The translations under genes were made by a program, and so were the position numbers. The notes under the pieces were generated by a model. That model worked only from the letters and a program-made list of their open reading frames with translations, did not search any database and had not been told where the DNA came from. A DNA stretch of 64,000 bases from Verrucomicrobiota bacterium (GTDB taxonomy: Bacteria; Verrucomicrobiota; Verrucomicrobiia; JAWXBN01; JAWXCD01). Positions 20,704 to 30,200 of this stretch are shown piece after piece. How positions within the stretch are numbered: position 1 is the stretch's first letter; every line of letters starts with the position of its first letter. The stretch is from contig JAWXCD010000003.1 in the NCBI GenBank assembly GCA_034440535.1, positions 2,717 through 66,716 of the forward strand, given 5' to 3'.

Positions 20704-20810
20704 AAATGGGTTTCCCTACCCGTTTTCCTCCGTGTTTCCACACACGGGAGTTTAAGGAGTGTATAAGCCTCCTTAAAAAGGCCACGGGTAAGGAGACCCG
20801 TGCTCCACGT
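20704..20810 (-). repeat. ~105-nt structured inverted-repeat element, copy 1 (conserved 5' and 3' arms, variable central hairpin)
   Basis: It aligns to 24160-24261. The 5' arm gggtttccctacccgt pairs with the 3' arm acgggtaaggagaccc. An inner conserved hairpin ccgtgt-ttccac-acacgg is present. The central hairpin is ttaaggag/ctccttaa. The element ends 7 nt before the TAG stop of the 719-aa gene. Confidence 0.6.
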
Positions 20811-20816
20811 CCTGAT

Positions 20817-22976
20817 CTATTTCACCGTCACACGACCGTACTTGGAGGCGTCGAGGTAGGCGGGTTGGCTCTGGAATGTCGAGCCGCGAAGCGAAACGCC
20901 CTTCTCGTCGAATGTGGAGAGCGTGAACTCGATATAAAATTGCTTGGTGAGAGGGTCAATTTTAAGACGTGATAACGGGATCACAGCGAAGAGGCGGTAT
21001 CCGTAAGGTGCGTTTTCGGAGGTAATCTGGATGTCCGCCGCTGAAGTGGGGACATCACCCTCCTTGTAGAGTGCCCGCGCGGTTTGTTTGTCGATACCAG
21101 GAATTAAAAAGGCCTGGCCTGTGGGCTTATCGGGTTTGAGAGCGGTGAATATTTCAAGATCCGATCCTTCCCAGGGGTTTGCGTTCAACTGAGGATTTTT
21201 ATCGTTTACCTTAGCGGCGACAATCAGATGTCCGGCGGCCAATCCAAAACGCACCACACCCAGAACTTCATTCTTGTTGTTATTATAAATGGGGAGCGCA
21301 GGAGAATCTTTAAGGAACTCCTGAACATCTTTCAGTTCAGGAACAGTGGGGACCATGGCAACAGTCACTTTCCGGGAAAGATCGATGTGTCCAAGCACCG
21401 CCTGAGTAGATCCTTCCTTTTTTAACCGGGCCCGCACGGCAAGGCGCGATTCCATCTGCGCCACATCAAACTCATAATTCATTCGTTGGCCCGCGGCCAA
21501 GGTCACCTGCTTTCTGCCCCTCTCGAAGGAAATTCCGGCATCGTGAGGGAGCATATCCAAAACGACTTCATCAGATATCGGTTCCTTCCCTTTGTTTTCG
21601 ATGGTCACTTGAACCCGCCCTTTTTCTCCCATACCTTCAGGTTTGCGCAGCCATGACATCGTCAACGTAGTGGGGGACACCTTCACCGCAACTGCGGGTT
21701 CATTATCGCGAATCATCGTTTTTCCACCGCTGCCGTCACGAATACGAACGCCTTGCTTCCCGTTGTTATCACTCAAGATCGCATGCACAACGCCGGGAAG
21801 CACATCGATGGAAGGTTCGGTCGTATGGAAAGTACACCCCCGCACCTGCAATCGACCCGCCGAGGCTTCCACAAGCGCGCGCCCGGAATGTTCTCCGCGC
21901 GAACTCGAAAAATAACAGTTCTCCAGGGACACATACCCTTCGGGAGCGCTCGACACGACACATTGTTCTGACGGACCCCAGAATGCACAATTAGAAAAGC
22001 GCACTGAACCGGCGCAATTCGGTCCAATCAAAACCTGAATCGGGTCGGGGCCGCTCATGGAAACGAACTCGCCATTAGATATCAAAAGGCCCATCGGTTG
22101 AATATCTTCAACCACAATTGCGTTCCATGTCGCATCGGCACCGATTCCAGAAAACTGGCCGTTACAAGCCCCGTTTGCGGTTTTTACAAATTTATATCCG
22201 ACACGCGCCGGGAACACGAAGGTGTTGTGAACGTAAGCCCAATCAATTCGCCCGAAAGTAAAGGCCTCAAAGTTTTTCGACATGTAATCGAACACCAAAT
22301 CCCAATCTCCACCGACCCCCGAATGAAACCATTCACAATGGAAATGCACGTTATCGAGGCGCCCGATGTCCACGCAGTTGTCCACATAAAATCCACGGCG
22401 CAATGCGCATCCGTACACATTGCGAACCTGAAACCGTATATTAACTTCCGGACCCACGCGGATTGCATTGTAACTGTTGAAGAGGGTGATGTCTTCGAGC
22501 CGGTTATCACGTCCCTGCAGATGAAAGGTCCAAGGATAAGGTTGAATATCTTTAGCGACCTGATCGGGATAAAGAACGGACAGACCAATAACCGCCGCGT
22601 TGTTCCCGAGTTCGAAAAGGGCGGGACCGTCCTCGCGGCCGCGTCCCGCGGTGGACATGACGATGGTTCCCACTTGCGGATCTGAAAAGTGATTAGCCTC
22701 GTTAACCCCCACCAGAGCGACACCTTCAGGAATTCGCAAACTTCCTGAGACCAGAATTTTACCAACGGGTAACTGCACACGCCCGCCTCCCTTTTTCCGG
22801 ACCTCGTCCATGGCCTGTTGAATGGTTTGAGTGTTATCAGTTTTCCCATCAGCAACAATCGACGCGGCTTTCGAAAGACCACAGGCCCTGAACTTGAAAC
22901 AAGGCTTACAAAATATCCAGCAGGCAGCGGCCAGGACAACAATGACGAGTAAGATGGCGATGAGTTTTACTTTCAT
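20817..22976 (-). CDS. secreted right-handed parallel beta-helix protein (pectate-lyase-superfamily-like N-domain) with CBM9/DOMON-like C-terminal domain
   Basis: Signal/anchor MKVKLIAILLVIVVLAAA. The segment ADGKTDNTQTIQQAMDEV...GGGRVQLP is typical of the Pectate_lyase_3-type N-terminus. The C-terminal ~190 aa are CBM9-like. ATG verified. Confidence 0.65.
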   Translation of the reverse strand: MKVKLIAILLVIVVLAAACWIFCKPCFKFRACGLSKAASIVADGKTDNTQTIQQAMDEVRKKGGGRVQLPVGKILVSGSLRIPEGVALVGVNEANHFSDPQVGTIVMSTAGRGREDGPALFELGNNAAVIGLSVLYPDQVAKDIQPYPWTFHLQGRDNRLEDITLFNSYNAIRVGPEVNIRFQVRNVYGCALRRGFYVDNCVDIGRLDNVHFHCEWFHSGVGGDWDLVFDYMSKNFEAFTFGRIDWAYVHNTFVFPARVGYKFVKTANGACNGQFSGIGADATWNAIVVEDIQPMGLLISNGEFVSMSGPDPIQVLIGPNCAGSVRFSNCAFWGPSEQCVVSSAPEGYVSLENCYFSSSRGEHSGRALVEASAGRLQVRGCTFHTTEPSIDVLPGVVHAILSDNNGKQGVRIRDGSGGKTMIRDNEPAVAVKVSPTTLTMSWLRKPEGMGEKGRVQVTIENKGKEPISDEVVLDMLPHDAGISFERGRKQVTLAAGQRMNYEFDVAQMESRLAVRARLKKEGSTQAVLGHIDLSRKVTVAMVPTVPELKDVQEFLKDSPALPIYNNNKNEVLGVVRFGLAAGHLIVAAKVNDKNPQLNANPWEGSDLEIFTALKPDKPTGQAFLIPGIDKQTARALYKEGDVPTSAADIQITSENAPYGYRLFAVIPLSRLKIDPLTKQFYIEFTLSTFDEKGVSLRGSTFQSQPAYLDASKYGRVTVK

Positions 22977-22988
22977 AATTTTGCTTTT

Positions 22989-23359
22989 TTAAGATCTTTT
23001 TTCTTTGCTGTACCTTGGACATTTTTCACGGCTGGGCGCTTTTGCCCCGGTAACGTCTACCCCAAAATTCGAACCAATGGAAATCCCTGAATAAGGAACG
23101 TGATGAATGTGGTTTCGAGCCACGATGGTTTCGCGGGCCAGGGACACGAAAATGGGAACCACCCCGTAACTGCTCCAACCCATGTTATAAATATGGTTAT
23201 CTGAAATAACCGTACCTGTCGGTAAAACTGACGGATCTGAAGCTGTCGTCGCGTTCCCCCAACAAAAACCCCGCCGCGTGTCGATACATGAATTTCCGAT
23301 TCGGTAATCAGGTTAGAAAGCAGAAACACAACGAGTCCCGCGCGAATGATGATAATCAT
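22989..23359 (-). pseudogene. possible frameshifted remnant of a small secreted beta-helix-repeat protein
   Basis: Two overlapping minus-strand ORFs in different frames. 23057-23359 begins with a signal-peptide-like MIIIIRAGLVVFLLSNLI. 22989-23183 contains beta-helix-like ARNHIHHVPYSGISIGSNFGVDVTG. They could be joined by a single frameshift. Confidence 0.2.
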
Positions 23360-23446
23360 TTAACTTGCGCGAAACCATACCGAATCATATTCCCTTTTCA
23401 AGTCCAAAGTCTCCTGGGTCGATATGAGTACTCCGCAACCTCGTTA

Positions 23447-23680
23447 CTTGGTCATATCATTAAAACGAAGTCGAAACTCCCTCGGGGTCATTCGTTTCTT
23501 TTTGGAAAAGAGGCGGTTGAAATTTGAGAGGTTTGAAAAACCACAGAAAAAGGCGATCAAAGTAATCGAGCGCGACGACTCCAGAAGCTGCTGACAGACG
23601 TGGTTTAATTTTAAATCGATGACAAAATCGGTAAAGATCGTTTTGGAATGACGTTTAAAATACGTTTCCGTCCTCCTCTT
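23447..23680 (-). pseudogene. AraC/XylS-family transcriptional regulator remnant (C-terminal HTH only, no start codon)
   Basis: The minus-strand frame between two in-frame stops translates to KRRTETYFKRHSKTIFTDFVIDLKLNHVCQQLLESSRSITLIAFFCGFSNLSNFNRLFSKKKRMTPREFRLRFNDMTK. This is a textbook AraC second-HTH signature (IA..CGFS..S.F.R.FK...G.TP.EFR). There is no Met or alternative start and no N-terminal domain. Confidence 0.55.
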
Positions 23681-24159
23681 TTACCTTTCTTAAATGGAAA
23701 CACTTTCTCACAAACAAACCGTCATTCAACCCTCGGCCTCGGAAATTCTTTCTTTTCGCAATAATGGCCACGTCAAAATCAAAAATGTTTTTTCAAAAGA
23801 CGAGATTCAGGGGTGGGAACCTAAGATAACACGTGCCTATTGGAACCTGCCAACAAGGACCAGCAAAACGATCTCAAGTCGTGGATGCCAGGGGCTACCG
23901 TCAGAAAACCCGGGCCCTGTTGCTCTTCCCCGGTTTTATATTGAAACTAAACAGCCCCTGTTACCCCGAAAAAACCTGTCACGTAACAACCGGGGGCCTT
24001 TATGTGGCCCTTCAGAATGATGGCCAACAACCCGCCATAGTCGCCTTGACCCTCCACAGCCAAACCTTCACCGGCGAAGTTCCGCAGCAGTCAACACGCG
24101 CCTGGTGGTTCGACCCGGAATCCAATAAAACCGAGACTTTGGTTTTTTAAAACCTAGAA

Positions 24160-24261
24160 CATGGGTCTCCCTACCCGTGTTCCTCCGTGTTTCCACACAC
24201 GGCTATCCACGGGGGGTAAGCCCCCCTCAAAGCACACGGGTAAGGAGACCCGTGCTCCACG
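24160..24261 (-). repeat. ~105-nt structured inverted-repeat element, copy 2
   Basis: It has the same arms as copy 1 and the same inner hairpin. The central hairpin has a different sequence but an equivalent structure (ggggggtaagcccccc). The 3' boundary lies 1 nt from the TAA stop of the giant gene. Confidence 0.6.
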
Positions 24262-27200
24262 TTAAGTCGTTTTGCGTGTGCGGGATTTCATCCAGGCGAG
24301 TGCAGGTTTGCGACCATAGAAGGCAAGAACGATTAAAGTGAGGATGATAACCATCCACTCTTCGGGTTCAGGTGTTTCATAACCCGGTGTCGCGTAAGCA
24401 TAACCGGTGTTACCAAGGCTATTATTGGCAATTCCAGTGATGTAATCGGATGTAGAATTGTTATATCCAACCCGTGTAGCGACTAGGTTGCCAGAAAGAT
24501 CCGCGCCCAAACCGGTGTTCAGTGCTGAGTACTGTAAATTGACGACTCCGCTGGAAGGATCCCAGAAGTTTTGGAAATTGGCTTGCCAACCCGCGCCACC
24601 GCCAAAGTCGAGGGCAAACTGGCTAGTCCCTCCAATCATGGTCAGATCGTAATTAGCCCCGTCATTGTTGTATGTGAATACATCGACCACAGCCCCTAAG
24701 TTATCGTAAAGAACCATATAATCCGCGTTGCTGTCCGGGTTGCCCATAAACCCATAAGCGTCCGTCCAGTTATTGAAATAACTATCAGTTAAGTAACCCG
24801 AATCGGCATTAGCGACGATCAGAGTACCGCCCTGACCGCTGACAAGATTTGTATAAGGATCGCCGGACTGAGTCCAGCTACTTCCAGTTTGTGTGGTGTA
24901 TGTCACGCTTGGGCGGAAAGGACGTCCACCTTGAACACCTCCGTTATGTTCGTCAGCACCGAAAGTAAACGAGTCAGAAGGGGCACCTACCATACCCATA
25001 ACCAAGAATTCGTTGTTTGTGCCTCCTAAGTTACCAGCGCCGGAGATACTAAAGTTGGCTGCAAGATAACCGTTCTGATCGTATGCACGAACTTTATATC
25101 CAGAAAGATCCAAGCCTCCTCCACTGCCCAAAGTCTGGGAATGGGCGAGGTTCGTTCCAAGTTTGAGTTCGAGCCATTCATGATTCTTGTCAACTGCGTT
25201 TGCTCCCGCATTGACCATAAATTCGTTGAAGTAAACAGACCCGCGATTTGCTGAGGCTGTTCCCGAACCAATCCCGGTCCCTGGCTGAACCTGTTTACGC
25301 ATATCGTTAGTGACTACCGCGCCCGTTACGTTTTCCACAAAACCTTGGTTAACCGACAATGCCATTGCAGCACTCGCAGCGCCTTGGGCGGAATAGAATC
25401 GGCCACCTTCGCGCACATCATTTAAGCCTGTACCGTTAGTGCCAGTACCGGTCGAAGTAAGGTTGTTAATTGTGTTTACGTTAGCGATTGTTCCGCCATC
25501 AGCCAAAACGTTAGCCGCCACGTTATCGGTCTTTAATCGCCCATTCAACACTGACACTGTCGAATAAAGGGCGTTCGTAAGAACCGCTGTGTAGCCTTGA
25601 CCTGAGCCGACATTTGTCACAATAAAGACCTCCGAGTGGCCCAAAGTACCCTTGAAGGTGGAAGCTGAATCCAATACAGGACTATCCGTGACTTGAACTT
25701 GAAGGTTCACAGATCCTGAAACCTGATTTGTCGTTACAGCCCAGTATGATCCGTCCGCTGCGATGACTTGTAAGTTAGCACCGCCCAAATTGGTTACGTT
25801 CCCGAACATCCCAGTTTGTTTAGTGACGTCGAAACCATTAATAAGCCGGTAGGTGTTTGTATCGGTTGTCGGTGTGGTATTGAGATAAAGTGCTCCACCG
25901 AAGACCAAGTTACCACTCGAACCCGCACTCGAAATAACGTCACGCACGTTTGTGGTAGCGCCGATGTTGAAGTAATTTGTTGAGCCCGCAAGACTCACGT
26001 AGTTAAACCCGCTCCCTACTGTCAGTGTCCCAGTATTCGTTGTTGTCCCTGCGCTGACAGTACCTGCGTTTGTTAAGTGTCCAAAGATAGTTGAACTGGT
26101 ACCGATCAGCAGACCGTTACTCTGGACGTTAAGACCATCGGAGAATCTGGCATTAACCGATTGAAGATTCAAGGTGCCCCCATTTGATAATACCACTTGG
26201 CTGCCATTTGTGAAAGTAACGCCACCAGCCCCGGTTAAAGTGAGTTGTTTATTCGATACGTTCACTGTGCCCGCGAGAACAAGCGTGCTCCCAGCAGCAT
26301 CCCAGGTCTGGGACGCGCCAACAGTCACTCTATTACTAATGAATTGGGCGACGCTGCTATTCTGGTATATCCCCACTCCATTTGTCCCCATGATAGTCAA
26401 GTTGCTGCCACCGATTGCATGGGTGCTCATTCCGGCAAGGTTACTAAAGGTCATCTGCGAAATTGAATAAGGAGTATCAATAATCGAATTTGTCTTCGTG
26501 CTATTAGCCGCAATGATAATACTTGCTGTTCCATCATTCACTGGAGCCGCGTCAAACACCCAGTTAACCCCTGTTGACCAGTTGCTGTTTCCCGTTCCAT
26601 TATTTCCATCCCAAATATAGGGCGCTTGTGAGAATACAAGATTGGTCAACCACACATCGTTTGCAATATTCAGGATCTGACCACCAAAAACGTTAGCCCC
26701 TTGGAAAACAAATCCGCTAAAGTCGTTTGAACTTCCAGCCCACGTAGTGTTATCAAATAAACGGAATCCAGCGGTGGCGAGCGGGGAATAATTAAATGTG
26801 AAATCAAGGACACCTCCGCCAAAGAAGGTTCCATTTACCGCGACGTTATCAAAGGACGCTGCACTGTTGAAATTAAAGAAGTTGGTAGAAGTCGCACCCA
26901 AAATCATGTTGCCATTGATCGTGAGCGTTCCCACATCAGCGCCCGATGAAGTGCCAAGATTCATGTTACCACGATTTGTCACATTACCCGCGATGGTTGC
27001 ACCAGCCGCGTAAATGCTCGCGTTTGTATTGACGAGCAATCCCCCGGTAAAGGTATGAGCGGCTGTCGTATCCACATAAAGGCGGGCATTTTGTGTCCCA
27101 CTACCCACCGTAAATGTGCTGCCCGTATAATTCATCCCACCGCCACCAATGATCAAGGTGCCGTCTTGGTGGCTAATCGAGTTATTCGCTTTGACCACGA

Positions 27201-30200
27201 TGTTACTGGAGTAAACAGTTGCGCCTGTATTGAGAACGAGTGTGTTACCTGTAGCCAATCCACCGGTCCCCTGACCTACTGTGATTGTACCGTAGTTTGT
27301 TAGTCTACTTCCCGTGCCACTGACAAGAAGGCTGTTGCTGTTAGCCAAAGTCGCTTCGCCGATAATGGTATTTGATACCGCAAGAATGGCTCCGCCCAAA
27401 ACCTGAGCGTTGTTGCTTGACCCTGCAAAACCCACGTACATCAAGCTTATATTTGATAACGTGGATGAAGCACCGGTGAGCACCAAGCTGTTGCTATTAG
27501 CTCCTGAAGCGCGGCCTAAGTACAAGGCCCCATCTGCTGCTGTGCTGTATAAAGTCCCACCATTGCTGACGAGCACCGAGTTCATTGTGCTATTTGAACC
27601 AATGTAAATTCCTTGAGATCCAGCCGCGCTCGCGTTGACGGCCACCACGCCGCCGTTTTCAACGATCAAACGATTCGTAGCGCCGCTTGCACCTACGACC
27701 AATGATTGCGCGTTGCTCCAAAGTGAACCCGCACCAGTCACAATAGCGTTGTTGCTATTGTTTCCTGAGCCAAGACCAATAATACCCATCCGGTTCAGGA
27801 CATCGCCACCATTGGTTACAGTCAGCAGCGTGTTGGTTCTAGAAGAGACAAAGTCGGATGTCAGATGATTTATCAAACCAGACCCAGTTACAATCAACGT
27901 TCCGTTGCTCAGGATAGTACCGCTATTGCTGTTTGTGCCGAGTACCGTCATCGACCCTGCTCCGACCTTCGTTAATGCGAAAGCACCTGAAACCGTTGAG
28001 TTACTTAATGTGAGGTTTGCTCCGCTATCCGCTCCGAAAGCGGATGCACTTCCTAAAGTGACAGCACCCGTCACCGTATTGTTCAGTCCTGAAACAGCAC
28101 GTATAGCACCCGTGTTGTTTGACCCAGCCCCGTTAACAGTGAAGCTTCCAGCAGCAACATTTAAAGTTCCATTTGATAAACCGAACGACCCGCCGGTATT
28201 AACCACATAACCGTTGGCTCCTTGGAGGTTAAGAATATTACTTCCGATGTAAGTTGCCCCGCCCAGATTCAAGTTACCACCAGTGGCATACCAAGACTGA
28301 GTGGATGACGCGACCGTCATATCATTATTGATCGTCTGAGCCACCGAGGCATTTTGCCAGATACCCGTACTAATGATCCCGCTATTGGAAGCAAACCCAG
28401 TCAAAGTAATGTTACTACCGGACAAGGTGTGACTACTCATTCCAGCCAAGTTACTATATGCAAGCATGGACACGCTCCAGTTGGTGTTTACAAATGGAGT
28501 AGTCTTACTGCTATTATCCGAGAAAAGAATACGCGCTTGACCCGAATTAATTGGAGCCCTGTCATCTACCCAATTGAGGGAGTTACTCCAATTATTGTTA
28601 CCCACACCGTTGTTACCATCCCATACGGACCATGATGACACCATGTTTGTGATCACGACGTTACCGCCAATATTAGTGATAGTGCCGCCGACAATGTAAT
28701 TGCCGTACCAGTTAATTGCGCTCCAGTTATTAGACGCCCCCGTCCACTGGGCGTTGTTATTCACGATAACAAACCAGTCATTTGGTGTCATATCGTAATC
28801 AAACCGAAGATTAAGAACACCCGCCGCAACGTAAGTTCCTGCAACGTAATTGCTATCGAAGAACCCTGGAGCTTGACCCAAGAAATTGAACGACTGAGTC
28901 GAACTCGCAGTGTTTATATAACTGTTGTTGAAAGTGAGTCTCCCAACTGAGCTTGCATTGGTGGTACTGTCCATACCCGGCGTCAATAACCCGCGGTTGG
29001 TGACCGAGCCATTAAATGTTGCGTTCGCACCATAAAGTGTTGCGCCGTTATTAATCACAAGGTTACTTGCAAACGTGTGCGTCCCACCAATGAGCCCAAG
29101 TGTTGCACTCTGACTTCCGTCACCCACCGTGTACAGACCCGGGTTGTAAGTCGTGCCGCCATTGCTGATGACCAGCGTGCCGCCGTAGTGCTGAACCGAG
29201 TTATTGAGAATGGCAGCCGAAAGTTGATTGAGAGCGACGCTACCAGCATTGTCGATTCTTAAGACATTGCCCGTACCACCTGAAGTTCCCAGATTGAGGA
29301 TGCCCGAGGCTGAGAATGTCCCACCGTTAACAACGATGGAATTGTTGGTACCGGACACACCCACGTAATTATTAACCCCGGAGGCAGTAACCGTTGCTCC
29401 GTTGGATACGATAAGGCTGTTATAATTCGCCCAAGCGCCAGCACCCACGAAAATTTCGGCGGATCGCAGTATGGACCCCGCACCCTCGACGGTAATAGTA
29501 TTACTCTCGCCCGCCCAGCCAGCTACCGTTTGAAATAAGGGGTTATTAGTAAAATTAGCGATGGCGCCCGAGTTGATCAGGACCGAGTTACCGTTGGCAC
29601 GAAAAACGCCACCGTCGCCCACAACCAATTGCGAACCATTGATGATGGCATTACTGCTGAGAACAAGACTGTTATTCAATGCACGTATGTTTCCTCCGAC
29701 CTTGATGACACTGCCCAGATCCCAGCGAGTGCCGGACCCTGTTACAAGTGCCATGTTGCCTGTTCCCCCCGAGTATGGGCCGTCTTCGCTTCCTCCAATA
29801 AAAGCGCCTCCTCCATTGGAAAGGTAGCTCCCGCCGGAGACTTCGAGGAGGTTACTCCCAGCGCCACTGAAACCAACATAGATATGACTGTTCAACAAGA
29901 CCGAGGCCCCATTGCTGACCAGAGCTTTGTTGCTGCTCCCCGTCCATCCAATGACTAGGGAGGAAGCTTTCACGACAGAACCGGCACCGTCGACGATCAT
30001 CTTATTGCTCGATGCAGCATTATCACCCACAAACAGGTCGCCGCCACTATGCATCGCGTACAGACCCCCATTGGAAACAATCAATGTGTTGTTCCCTCCG
30101 CTATGACCTATCCAACTTTTACCAAATATGGAATTTGAAATTATGCTGCCAGCTCCCGTGACTATGGCGAGGTTGTTGGATGCGCTAGCGACGGCTCCCA

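Noticed and set aside
20262-20785. Minus-strand ORFs 20262-20450 and 20447-20785 in the convergent intergenic region
   Set aside because: They are Arg/Lys-rich with no motif and no RBS context. The region is better explained as non-coding, possibly an RNA.
22098-22942. ORFs 22098-22685 (+) and 22184-22942 (-) inside the beta-helix gene
   Set aside because: They overlap a well-supported 719-aa CDS with a signal peptide and recognisable domains. The alternatives have no domain features.
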